Positions 42,099 to 51,523 of a stretch of DNA of 64,000 nt are shown here, one piece after another. The notes beneath the pieces are model-generated. The model was not told the DNA's origin and searched no databases. It saw only the letters and a list, made by a program, of their open reading frames with translations. Positions within the stretch are counted from its first letter, which is position 1, and every line of letters begins with the position of its first letter. A program made the translations under genes and the position numbers. This DNA comes from Bdellovibrionales bacterium (lineage in GTDB: Bacteria > Bdellovibrionota > Bdellovibrionia > Bdellovibrionales > UBA1609), in contig DAHVQG010000009.1 of the NCBI GenBank assembly GCA_027317865.1, positions 64,001 to 128,000 on the forward strand, in the 5' to 3' direction.

Positions 42099-42239
42099 CT
42101 ATTTACCCGTTGTATTCGTAACCAACTGCCTAGCCCACACACTGTTGGATATACGCGCGCAGTTTTGAAACGCCAAAATGATCCCCCCAGACGCGAGGAT
42201 AATAATCCACATTTTTAAACTCGTCCGCTTCTTAGACAT
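42099..42239 (-). CDS. Small lipoprotein with AFQNC lipobox (46 aa; possibly a truncated remnant)
   Basis: Manual translation MSKKRTSLKMWIIILASGGIILAFQNCARISNSVWARQLVTNTTGK; below ORF-track cutoff. Confidence 0.5.
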   Translation of the reverse strand: MSKKRTSLKMWIIILASGGIILAFQNCARISNSVWARQLVTNTTGK

Positions 42240-42423
42240 TGTGATCCGTCTTTCGCTCGTTAACCTTTGATATATAATAACGTACGGATGCCCAGTTGAC
42301 GAAAAGATGATGCGTGGTCATCGACTAAAGGCTCGTTTTTTGGAAGGGTTAGATATCGCCGTTAAATTCCCGACAATTGCTAATATTAAAATTAAGCAAA
42401 ACGCGAGCATCTCTTAACCCTTG

Positions 42424-43668
42424 CTATTTAAAGCGTGCCATGACCCGCTTCATGACAGATTTAATATTGGATCTGTTTATTTTCTTTGTTGAGGCCGGAA
42501 TTTCTTCGATAATTTGACGTAAATGGGCGTCCATTTTTTCGCGTAATATCTCTGCTTTTAAATCTGCCGCACTGATTCGGCCAACGGATAATATCGCCTC
42601 ACGAATTCTCATTATATATAGTGCGCGTCGTGTTTTGTCCTCATCTAATAACCCAACGATATCGTGGCCATCGGGTAACCCGACTTCCATATTGTTGTAA
42701 CCCTCTGTACGGGTCATGTAATCATGTACGATTGCGAGTAATTCAGTATCGGGATAAGGCTGAGACTCTATAGCTCTGGTGACACTATCGAGAAATATCA
42801 ACCGTTCGCGCAAAATTTGAACGGCTTCGATTCCAGCAATCCAGGCGAGAGTGTGAACATCGAGATCGTGCCAATGGGTATTGTAGTCACTTTTGCTCGA
42901 ACGTCCGATTTGCGAATCCCGAGCGATCATGCGAACCCAATCGAGCATTTCGATTTTGCCGTTGGCTTCTTTAGAACTCAAACTGTCCTGAACGCGCCAC
43001 TCTGCGAATAAGCGCTTAAGTCTGATATTAAAGCTTTTTTCGTCTGGATAAAAAATAATTCGATTTTTTTCATCGAGGGCAAACCCGAGTTGCCGGGCAA
43101 TTTTGAAATGTTTTGCAAATTTATAAATGACAAAGCCGCTCGAGTAATCCGCTTGTTCATGCTCGGCAACTCTTTTTGCATACCGGGCCCGATTGATAAA
43201 TCCAGATGTTTCGGGGTCTGGAATTTCATCGAGCCAAATATAATCAGTGTCAGAATATTTCGGGAGGGGAATATGTTTTAAATCTTCATCATATGTTTTT
43301 TGAACCTCAGGAGATTCAATAATCTCCCGGACATCAAAAGTATCAATCAGTGCATTTTCAAACATAAGCGTAATTTTGCCGCGTTCATGATCAATCGCGA
43401 TCACTCGCGCTGTTTTACCCTGCATATTTTCATAACGATTCGATTGCAAATTACGGACTTGGCGCTTTCCTGTATAACTCAGCAATTCGCCCTTTTTAAT
43501 CGTGTGCCCTTGAAACACTAATTTATCAAAATCATGAAGGTGTCTAGGATAAGGAGCACTGGCCAATATCGACGGGCAATCGCCGCTATCCGCCGCACTT
43601 GTTGCAATTGCGTACGTCGGTAAAGCAAAAGTTAAAATAGCAAAAATCGCCGTGAATAAATTCAGCAT
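42424..43668 (-). CDS. Secreted hypothetical protein
   Basis: Signal peptide then DCPSIL motif; HWHDLDVH possible metal site. Confidence 0.7.
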   Translation of the reverse strand: MLNLFTAIFAILTFALPTYAIATSAADSGDCPSILASAPYPRHLHDFDKLVFQGHTIKKGELLSYTGKRQVRNLQSNRYENMQGKTARVIAIDHERGKITLMFENALIDTFDVREIIESPEVQKTYDEDLKHIPLPKYSDTDYIWLDEIPDPETSGFINRARYAKRVAEHEQADYSSGFVIYKFAKHFKIARQLGFALDEKNRIIFYPDEKSFNIRLKRLFAEWRVQDSLSSKEANGKIEMLDWVRMIARDSQIGRSSKSDYNTHWHDLDVHTLAWIAGIEAVQILRERLIFLDSVTRAIESQPYPDTELLAIVHDYMTRTEGYNNMEVGLPDGHDIVGLLDEDKTRRALYIMRIREAILSVGRISAADLKAEILREKMDAHLRQIIEEIPASTKKINRSNIKSVMKRVMARFK

Positions 43669-44100
43669 AATTGTGACAACGTCTTATCACAAAACGTGTC
43701 GTCAGCGACAAAATATCGAAATGAGGCGGCATAAATCGCATTGGTTTTGTAATTGATTTATGTGTGAGTTACGTGTTGTTTCTGATAAGTTATATTATGT
43801 TACGTATGCGATTTATCTCATTTTGTAACTTTTTGGGCGCTTTTACGTATTGCAGATTGCGCTTGTTGTATCGAACCAACTGTTTTCAGAATTACCGCTT
43901 TAGAAGCTCCTTTGCATTAACCTTATCTAGTAAATTTAAAGTGTTATCTAATGATAATTATAGACATTTTTTGCTTAATGCTAAACCCGGATCGATTTTA
44001 CAAAATAACAATCCGGGTATTGTGTCACGGCTCGGACTTCATAGTGTGCGCGCTAGCCATGTCGATTTGGGGGTATTCCCAGACCAGTATCAAGTCTGGA

Positions 44101-44349
44101 CTAATGTCGGTCCGCTTGCCACGCTTGTCGAAGCTCACCTTGTGCTTGTTCAATATCATGAATGGCTGCCACACGATGCCCTTTGAAATCATGAGCTGCA
44201 TGTTGAAGAACGCGCTTCGCTCGATTTAATATCATCATCGCCCGATGAATTTTGCGATGATTTTCACGATGTTTGGGCGCAGCAACGCTGCTCAATCCGA
44301 ACAATAAAATACCGGCAACCAATGTCGTCTTTATTTTTGTTGATATCAT
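44101..44349 (-). CDS. Small secreted helical protein
   Basis: GGAGA RBS, signal peptide, HDFKGHRVAAI..I..A..EL motif. Confidence 0.65.
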   Translation of the reverse strand: MISTKIKTTLVAGILLFGLSSVAAPKHRENHRKIHRAMMILNRAKRVLQHAAHDFKGHRVAAIHDIEQAQGELRQAWQADRH

Positions 44350-44456
44350 ATTTTGATCTCCCATTTTATTTGAGTTGCTCCAATCGAGTGTAATGAAAAT
44401 TAAGTGATTGTAAATGTTAACAGTACCTCGACATAAGGCTGAGATAACCGTTAAAA

Positions 44457-45050
44457 TCAATTTCCCTCTCCATTTACGGTTTTAACAAACTTGCATAAAG
44501 GTATTCGCGCAGAAATTCCGCCTGATTGCACTGAAGTGAGTATTTTGCAAGTATTGTAACCTTCACTGCGAAACTTGGCTTCGGCATATACGTAGATCGA
44601 TTTCGAGACTTTGGGGGTTCGGCTCAGGAGCCAGGCATAACTGGTGGTTGGATCCCCTATGAGAGCGTACGAATAGTCTGGAGCTACGTCGAGTATCCAA
44701 TAATCCCCGCCAAAAGCAAAAACCCAATAGCCGAAGATCTTCACAAACGTCACTTTGAGTTTCGAATTGGTTGTCGAATCCACAATTTCAGCACGCCCCA
44801 AGGCTACTGACCGACGACCTTTTGCTGTTTCGCATGAATTGACAACTTTGATGCGCCCACTTTTAGACAAAGAGTACTCGGCCATCGTGTTACCCACGCA
44901 CTGACGCTGAAAATATTGGGGGATGCTCGCCACCTCATACCATTTGCCTAAATATTTATTTAGGTTCACGTGTGCGGCAGTTGTCACGCTGGCATTTGCC
45001 ATAATTCCAATTAAACCCGATAGCAATATTGTCATCTTTATTGTTTTCAT
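44457..45050 (-). CDS. blc: Bacterial lipocalin (Blc-like)
   Basis: YLGKWYEVA, SKLKVTF, GDYWIL, WLLSRTP. Confidence 0.88.
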   Translation of the reverse strand: MKTIKMTILLSGLIGIMANASVTTAAHVNLNKYLGKWYEVASIPQYFQRQCVGNTMAEYSLSKSGRIKVVNSCETAKGRRSVALGRAEIVDSTTNSKLKVTFVKIFGYWVFAFGGDYWILDVAPDYSYALIGDPTTSYAWLLSRTPKVSKSIYVYAEAKFRSEGYNTCKILTSVQSGGISARIPLCKFVKTVNGEGN

Positions 45051-45466
45051 TTTGTCCCCTCAATTTGTTTTTTAAATCTGTAGCCTAGGGCCCATGTTGT
45101 CGTACCGCAAAGAACGCATCCCCATAAAATGTCTGCAACCGCAAAAAGCATTGGGTAGCCTTTCAAAATAGATAAATTCGTTAAATCAAAAATCCCATAG
45201 ATAACCAGGCCAAGAGCTGCCCCTTGAAAAAACGCAACAATACCCGATTTAGCTATAATGGCTTTTGGGATCGAAAAATGAGCGACAGCAAAGGCCAGTA
45301 AGAAGTACGCCAATATTGTAGGCAGCACGAGCACTTGAAAATGACCGTTTTCAACGCGGCCGATGGATGACAACTGGTTTAGGTTGAATTTTTTCATAAT
45401 GAGATCCAACCAAATGAAATCGAGAAAAAGTATCATCACGAGCGAAGCAAAAAAAGACTTTATCAT
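45047..45466 (-). CDS. DUF2177-like membrane protein
   Basis: LDFIWL, GLVIYGIFDLTN, DILWG. Confidence 0.8.
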   Translation of the reverse strand: MIKSFFASLVMILFLDFIWLDLIMKKFNLNQLSSIGRVENGHFQVLVLPTILAYFLLAFAVAHFSIPKAIIAKSGIVAFFQGAALGLVIYGIFDLTNLSILKGYPMLFAVADILWGCVLCGTTTWALGYRFKKQIEGTK

Positions 45467-45894
45467 TTCAGCTCACCTTTTTAATAATTCTAATAAAATT
45501 AGTTTTTGTATAGTTTTTTTGGTGCGATTTAAAGAGCGTTCATAGCGAACGTATAACTTACCAAAAGTCTTGTGTTAATGTATCAAGTTTGACGAGCTTT
45601 TCCAGGCAAGGAATCACCGATGGCGATTCCTCAAATAACCAGTTGGTATGCTTCGGGTAACATAGCCACCATATTATGGTTAGCGGCAGTACCTCAGCGG
45701 CGAAATTAAATTTGAACTTGAAAACGATGTTCGGTGCCCGCGTGAGTTTCTTCGCGATTCCATGACTTCCCCTTACTACAGAAAAACTGTCCTGTCGAAT
45801 TGGGGGCCATTCCAATTTCTTATTAGAGCCAGATGTTTAATAGATGATTTTTAGAAACAATTGTAGTATCAAGTGCCTCTAAAAAAGGGAATAT

Positions 45895-46344
45895 ATGATA
45901 AAGTCACTCATTGTTTTATTTATGGTCACAGTTTTCGCTGGAGCCGTGCATGCCGCCCAAGTCACTCCTGTCTTGAGGTGTTTGCCACCAGCAACTTCCA
46001 CACTATTTGGGTTTCAAATCTCCAGTCTAAAACAATGTGTGAATTCACCAGAAGGGCCGATTTGTAATAACAACGTTGCATTTACGGCACTTCGGTTTGA
46101 CCCGCAAACACAAACGTGGCAAGCCACGCAGTTCGTCGATATGGCTGCGTTTTTTCAAGTCAATAAGCAAAAACAGACCTTTGAATTTCATCAAGTTGGG
46201 AGCAAAAACTTTGCCGGAGAACACTGCGATGTGTCTGTTCATGGTCGCCATACCGTGATCAACTTAGATCTTGGTACTGGAGACCAATATGGAATGCTCA
46301 ACACCCATGGAACAGTAACCAACTACTCTTGCGATTTTCTGTGA
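45895..46344 (+). CDS. Secreted hypothetical protein
   Basis: Signal peptide ending VHA, several Cys, AGGGA RBS. Confidence 0.65.
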   Translation: MIKSLIVLFMVTVFAGAVHAAQVTPVLRCLPPATSTLFGFQISSLKQCVNSPEGPICNNNVAFTALRFDPQTQTWQATQFVDMAAFFQVNKQKQTFEFHQVGSKNFAGEHCDVSVHGRHTVINLDLGTGDQYGMLNTHGTVTNYSCDFL

Positions 46345-46634
46345 GAGCTATAATCCCGTATTGTTACGAATAGTCGCGGCTCAGGAATGGCTTCGGCTGA
46401 TCATTGAGTCTCGCTGCTCGCCAAGCTCGCGGTACCTTTCAGTCACGCAAAATGCGCGCCGTTAACTCGCGCTCACTTGCGCCAACAGTCCAAATCTTGC
46501 CATTGGGTCCGTTTCAGAACGAGACGGTATATGCAATGAACGAGCACTCCAGATTAAACACGACGGCCAGAAGTCTGGAGCGAAATGCCACGGCATTTGA
46601 GATGAGCGCAACGCTATAAGTAGCTACGATGGAG

Positions 46635-47297
46635 TTAGATTTTTGTGAAGTTGCCCTGAATCTTATCGAAAAATGTTCGAAACGCCGAACCTGGGGGCAA
46701 ATATTTGTCGACCGTGCTTTGGGCGTCAGATGATGTGAGTCGGTCGGCTTCTTTCCAGAGATCCTCAAAAATGTGTGCCGTCGAGCCGACGGCCAGAGAT
46801 GGAAAGGCACCGTCGTCCACTTCGCCGAAGGCGATGACGAGCATCCGCAAGAACAGATCTTTGAGCGCCCGTTGGTAGGTCGGTTCATGAAACCTGCCGC
46901 GCAAGTCAGTTCTCTTTTTCAGTTCGCGGGTTGAAAGAGGCGAATCCATTTCAAGCTCGTCGAGAAGAAGCCGGGCTGTTGCGCTTAAACCTATTTTTAA
47001 ATTGTGCGTCTGCTTCAGCCTTGCCAACATCGCCGTGAAGACGTCTCGCGAAAAGAAAGTGGCCCGGCCCTGATACCATTTTGAATAAACAACGTCGCGA
47101 CAATCGGAGAGCTCTTTCATGAGCGTCCACATTTTAAAGACGCGGTTGTCGCCGCCTTCGTCCCATTCCCATTTCATCTTCGTGCGGGGATGAAATTCAC
47201 TCCAGAGCGAGAGCGGCACCTTCTGATTGGCGCGCGGAAAGACCAGGAGAATGCCACGCTTGTTTATTATCTCAATCGCTTTTGCTTTATCGCCCAT
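46635..47297 (-). CDS. Winged-helix protein, AlkZ-related
   Basis: VVYSKWYQGRATFFS, PLSTRELKK, RALKDLF. Confidence 0.6.
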   Translation of the reverse strand: MGDKAKAIEIINKRGILLVFPRANQKVPLSLWSEFHPRTKMKWEWDEGGDNRVFKMWTLMKELSDCRDVVYSKWYQGRATFFSRDVFTAMLARLKQTHNLKIGLSATARLLLDELEMDSPLSTRELKKRTDLRGRFHEPTYQRALKDLFLRMLVIAFGEVDDGAFPSLAVGSTAHIFEDLWKEADRLTSSDAQSTVDKYLPPGSAFRTFFDKIQGNFTKI

Positions 47298-47422
47298 AAG
47301 ACCTCGTCGCGTAGTGAATGATCCTAAGCCGACGAAACGCCGAAATCAAATCGAGGTCGACTCGTTGAGTGAAAACTTTTAATTTTGCAAATAGCCTTCT
47401 ATAAAGAAAGTAGGAGATTATT

Positions 47423-47953
47423 TTGGAACAAGTTGAAGACCGAAAAGACATTTTGTTCAGCACTCCACGTTTAGTCTGCCGTCGCATCGACACTTTTGAC
47501 TTAGAAGCGTTGGAGCACGTCTATGGAGATGCAGAAGCCATGAAGTGGGTCGGAGATGGTCAGCCACTCACCCATGAGTTGTGCTTAAAATGGATCGACG
47601 TCACTAAAAAGAATTACATTAAACGAGGGTACGGAATGTCAGCTCTGGAACTGAAAAGCTCGAAAGAAGTGATCGGATTTTGTGGAATTGTTCATCCTGA
47701 CCAGCAAAAAAATCCTGAGATCAAATATGCATTCCTCAAAAAATATTGGGGCGTTGGTTTTGCAACGGAAGCCGTCTCAGGACTTTTAGAATATGGGTTT
47801 AATGAACTTCAACTTTCTGAAATCTTTTCGACAACATTTGAGGCGAATACACTTTCGAACAACGTACTTCGTAAAAATGGCTTTGAACAGATTGATCGTC
47901 GATCAGAAGCAGGCCTGCCAGACGTTATAATTTGGAAAATTTCACGGATTTGA
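47423..47953 (+). CDS. GNAT family (RimJ/RimL-like) acetyltransferase
   Basis: TPRL, IGFCG, YWGVGFATEA, NTLS..VLRKNGF. Confidence 0.88.
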   Translation: MEQVEDRKDILFSTPRLVCRRIDTFDLEALEHVYGDAEAMKWVGDGQPLTHELCLKWIDVTKKNYIKRGYGMSALELKSSKEVIGFCGIVHPDQQKNPEIKYAFLKKYWGVGFATEAVSGLLEYGFNELQLSEIFSTTFEANTLSNNVLRKNGFEQIDRRSEAGLPDVIIWKISRI

Positions 47954-48010
47954 ACCTCTGATTCTCCGCCCGCTGGCATCAAGAGCCTATGGTTCGTGCA
48001 AAGTATCGAC

Positions 48011-48018
48011 TGGTGCCC
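48011..48018 (+). repeat. Distal attachment-site core (TGGTGCCC)
   Basis: Identical to 56135-56142; the next 21 nt partially match the tRNA side (GCC, ACT, CG in register); GGTTC 20 nt upstream at both junctions. Confidence 0.65.
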
Positions 48019-48163
48019 GTTGCCCTACTCTAGACGAGTATTTGGTTTGGGTCGAAAGTTACCCAATCCAATGGTGGGAACCTCGCTTTAATCTGGCGGA
48101 GCTGGCAAAACGCCGCAGGATTAGCCGAGACACTCCACTTAACTCAAATACAGGAGGGTAAAC

Positions 48164-48352
48164 TTGTATCGAATTTTATTTATTTTGATGGTCCTTGCAT
48201 CCATTAAGCAATTTGGGCTCAGGCCAACCGATTTGCTTGGGTGCCATTCGCCCGCATGCGTGCAACGGGTAGAAGCGGCTACCCGTCGCGTGCTAAAGAT
48301 TGATTGGAAGCCAATTGTGGTGTTTCCTTACGCGGCGAAACGCTTCCATTAA
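48164..48352 (+). CDS. Small hypothetical protein (62 aa)
   Basis: AGGAGG RBS, TTG start, hydrophobic N-terminus, CHSPAC motif. Confidence 0.5.
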   Translation: MYRILFILMVLASIKQFGLRPTDLLGCHSPACVQRVEAATRRVLKIDWKPIVVFPYAAKRFH

Positions 48353-48453
48353 TTAATGCAACCACTGCCTAACGGTTGGCGCCATGAGCCTTTCCTTTTA
48401 GTGATCGAACCTTTATAAGTAGATTCCCTGTAATTGATTCTAGGAGCCGACAA

Positions 48454-48819
48454 GTGAATTTTTGGGAATCTTTCGGAACCGGTGTTTTAGGCAGCGTGGT
48501 CGCCTCGGTTATTATCTCAGTATTTGCGGTCCGTTTTTTAAAGCGCAGCCTGCACGATAGAATAAATGAGTTAATCAATGCTGATCAAAGCGCAAGGCGA
48601 ATTAAAGAGTCCATCGCAGGAGCCCTATCGTTTTTAGATCGCGCTCAAATTAATATACACACCCAGTTGGTAGACCCCAACATTAATAAAGCTGTCCCAA
48701 ACTGGTTCAATAGCGAAATTAATGAGATCCGCATGTCAATCAACACAGCGGCGAGCGAAGTTGATTCATTGAGAGGCAGCCTCGATACTATCGCAAGAGC
48801 CGGGAGAAAATTACAATGA
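48454..48819 (+). CDS. Hypothetical protein, one N-terminal TM plus helical domain
   Basis: AGGAG RBS, GTG start, ATGA overlap with the next gene. Confidence 0.65.
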   Translation: MNFWESFGTGVLGSVVASVIISVFAVRFLKRSLHDRINELINADQSARRIKESIAGALSFLDRAQINIHTQLVDPNINKAVPNWFNSEINEIRMSINTAASEVDSLRGSLDTIARAGRKLQ

Positions 48820-49295
48820 CAAACAATTTGAAAGACATGCTAATTCAGGGGCTAACCAAAGTTAGTCAAGAGAAACAAGCTGCCCAACAAAATGCGAGAA
48901 AATTTGCTGATGCATATCAGTCTTTAGTGGCAGAGCTTCGGGAATTTACTTCCGGGGCGCCCGTTCAAATTGCGGCGAGCAATATGACTTGGGATGTATA
49001 TGGCTCATCGATTCCGATGACACCTTTAAATTTTTTCGCTGATAATGCGGCCCAATTTGCTCTGCAACCGCAGATCCAAACGGGCGGTGCTGCACCTTCA
49101 GCCACAAGCTTTAAGCTAATGGTGACTGCAACCAGGATAGCTGAAAGTTTTCCGAGGGTAATTTATTTTAACCCGACGAATTCAACCTGGACATCAAAGG
49201 ATCCAGGAACTTTATCGGGTCTAATTGGTCAGTTTAACATTGACCCTGAGCAATTCAAAAGAGCACTGGTTTACGCGCTTACGGGCCAACAATAA
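48816..49295 (+). CDS. Hypothetical protein
   Basis: GGGAG RBS, translationally coupled to 48454..48819. Confidence 0.65.
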   Translation: MTNNLKDMLIQGLTKVSQEKQAAQQNARKFADAYQSLVAELREFTSGAPVQIAASNMTWDVYGSSIPMTPLNFFADNAAQFALQPQIQTGGAAPSATSFKLMVTATRIAESFPRVIYFNPTNSTWTSKDPGTLSGLIGQFNIDPEQFKRALVYALTGQQ

Positions 49296-49307
49296 AATTT
49301 GCGGCAA

Positions 49308-50726
49308 TCATGCAGATAGGCGCTCGTCTATAATTGCACTTATTCGTTCGACTGCACCCTTAATTGTAAGTGCCTTTTTTGGATTGAGTACAACCAGCAC
49401 CGTCTCAGACTCCGCTTTATCTCTTAACGACGAGATAATTTCGGAGTGGTTTGTAACTTCTTGTAATCGACCATCGGTACCAACCACAAAAACATTATCA
49501 TCACTTGATTTGTACATTGTGCTTTTAAGCTCAACGATCGCATAGTCGACGTCGACTTTCATCCCTTTTGCCTCAAGTTTTTCCTTAATTACTGACTCTT
49601 TTCCTTTTTCTACGCGATAATTGTGCGACACTTTTCTGCTCAAAATCGAGCTGGCAATCTCACTTGCGTACTTTAGTTTCTTATTTTGGGACTTAACCCG
49701 CGCCAAAACTGAAACGAGCGACCAAATAGAATCCTCAGTCATTTGAACGTACGCATCTAAATTGCTTTCAATGAATCTAGTTCTTGCATGTTTGTTCGGC
49801 AGTCCCTTGGCTCTTGTGAGAAGTGTCCCCATTGCAATTAGATATTCTGGAATAAATGGCTTAATTTCGCCATTCTGCCGAAGATGCTTCATTTCTTCGA
49901 CTATAAATCTGATTAGACGTTCAATCATATACTCTAAAACTTTCACTTTTCGGTGGAAGTAAATGGTTCTATTCATAAGCTGCCTTGCGATCACGTAACT
50001 TTCATAGGTTTTAACACCTTTGTAGTTCAGCCCCAGGGTCAGCGGATTTTTTGGATCATGCTTGATAACCGTGAGGGAATTGATTAGATATTGGAGGTCT
50101 ATTTTCCCAATAGCGGTGCCACTGAAGTGGGAGTCTCTCACCAAATAATCCATTCGATCGACATCGAGTTGCGACGAGACAATTTGTTTTAAAAATCTGG
50201 GCATGTCCGATGATGATTCTTTGCTAATTATATGGGAAACGGTATTAACATCTATATTTTCTGCTAGCAGCGAAGCAGAAATACTCGACTTTTTCGCCGA
50301 TATTATGGCGGCGCTCCATTCCTCATGTAGAGGGGCGTTTTTAAAACCTGTAAGATCCTTTAATACATTTTCAAAAGAATGAGAAAATGGCCCGTGACCA
50401 ACATCATGTAGAAGCGCAGCAGCAATAACCTCTTTACGATATTTTCTGATTTTGTTTTTTAGAGATCTATCGCACTCCTGCTCGATTAAATGCTCGACCA
50501 CCTGGCGCGCAAGGTAAGCAGCACCTAAACTGTGGCAAAACCGAGAATGGGTTGCCCCCGGAAAAACATAAGACGCCAATCCGAGCTGTGAAATTCGACG
50601 CAATCGCTGAAACTCGCGTGAATCGATGACCGCCTTCATCCAGGAGCGAGTCTTGTTATCGCTTCCAAAATTCATGACCTCATGCACGGGGTCATTCACA
50701 ATTATGTTAAACGCCACTTTGCCCAA
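49308..50726 (-). CDS. HD-domain phosphohydrolase, SAMHD1-like dNTP triphosphohydrolase
   Basis: DPVH, FQRLRRISQLG, HSRFCHSLG, LLHDVGHGPFSH, HE, LDVDRMDYLVRD, IYFH. Confidence 0.9.
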   Translation of the reverse strand: MGKVAFNIIVNDPVHEVMNFGSDNKTRSWMKAVIDSREFQRLRRISQLGLASYVFPGATHSRFCHSLGAAYLARQVVEHLIEQECDRSLKNKIRKYRKEVIAAALLHDVGHGPFSHSFENVLKDLTGFKNAPLHEEWSAAIISAKKSSISASLLAENIDVNTVSHIISKESSSDMPRFLKQIVSSQLDVDRMDYLVRDSHFSGTAIGKIDLQYLINSLTVIKHDPKNPLTLGLNYKGVKTYESYVIARQLMNRTIYFHRKVKVLEYMIERLIRFIVEEMKHLRQNGEIKPFIPEYLIAMGTLLTRAKGLPNKHARTRFIESNLDAYVQMTEDSIWSLVSVLARVKSQNKKLKYASEIASSILSRKVSHNYRVEKGKESVIKEKLEAKGMKVDVDYAIVELKSTMYKSSDDNVFVVGTDGRLQEVTNHSEIISSLRDKAESETVLVVLNPKKALTIKGAVERISAIIDERLSA

Positions 50727-50971
50727 GTATCCTCCGATGCTGCCGTTTGATCGGCTGATTTAGAGCTTATATGTATGGACTTGGGTCTATCCTGATGATT
50801 GATACTAACCGAAAACTGTATATGCGGCCGGGTCCTTGACATGTGGTCCGAGCGTGAAGTACAGCTGTTCAATCAGCTTTGATTGGCTGAAATACCGAGA
50901 CCCTTGACTGGGCCTTTAATGCTTGAGTGCAACGACAAATGTGCGAGGACGCACATCGGAAAGGATGACAT

Positions 50972-51523
50972 ATGTCTAACGACAACATTAACAATATTGA
51001 TTCTCTATTAGTAAATCTTGAAAACGATTCCCAGAAACTAACCGACAAGTTGACGGTGATTTCCGAGAAAATCAAAAGGGTCGAAAACGCCCTTCAGACC
51101 CTTAACATCGGCATAGACGTTTCAATGGAATTCCAAGCCCAGCCATTATCTTCAGACGAAAGAACTGCGGTAACGGAGCGTATTGTTCCCGATTGGCAGT
51201 TCATCAATGCCTACGCGAAAGACGGGATCCGATGGGCAAGAAACGAGCAATCCGGCAAGTTTCGCTTGTTGTACACGCGGACAATTTACGAAGACCGGAT
51301 ATCACTCGGATACGGTGACGCCCCAAAAGGGACCTATTCAACCTCAGCGTATGGCTGCGCTCAGTACCCCGACGGAGTCACAGTTACTAAGCCTTTGATA
51401 GAATGTTCAATTGACGTTCGACTACGCCTGTGGCCGGAACTCCCGGCTTTTCTAGCTAAGCTTCATGGCGCTATCGAAAAGATCATTTCCGTCGAAAAAA
51501 TCTCCATTAACGGAGGTTTTTAA
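50972..51523 (+). CDS. Hypothetical protein with N-terminal coiled coil
   Basis: AAGGA RBS; stop abuts the ATG of the nuclease gene. Confidence 0.65.
   Translation: MSNDNINNIDSLLVNLENDSQKLTDKLTVISEKIKRVENALQTLNIGIDVSMEFQAQPLSSDERTAVTERIVPDWQFINAYAKDGIRWARNEQSGKFRLLYTRTIYEDRISLGYGDAPKGTYSTSAYGCAQYPDGVTVTKPLIECSIDVRLRLWPELPAFLAKLHGAIEKIISVEKISINGGF

Noticed and set aside
43764-44229. Plus-strand ORFs of 140 and 92 aa
   Set aside because: AT-rich intergenic sequence, partly antisense to 44101..44349, with non-protein-like composition
45732-45740. CGGTGCCCG as another att core
   Set aside because: Imperfect match, lacks the GGTTC at -20, and the following frame closes after 10 codons
45558-45815. 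85-aa minus-strand ORF
   Set aside because: No RBS or recognisable motif; may be decayed sequence
46345-46634. Intergenic hairpins (CTCCAGA/TCTGGAG, AAATGCC/GGCATTT) and a 71-aa ORF
   Set aside because: Short stems between convergent genes; not enough to call an RNA or gene
47946-47956. GGATTTGAACC, antisense of a tRNA T-arm
   Set aside because: Only 11 nt, overlaps the GNAT stop codon, no acceptor stem or CCA nearby
48020-48140. Possible riboswitch or structured RNA (several short stems)
   Set aside because: I recognise no riboswitch consensus, and the stretch is better explained as the orphan integrase tail frame, although structure is not excluded
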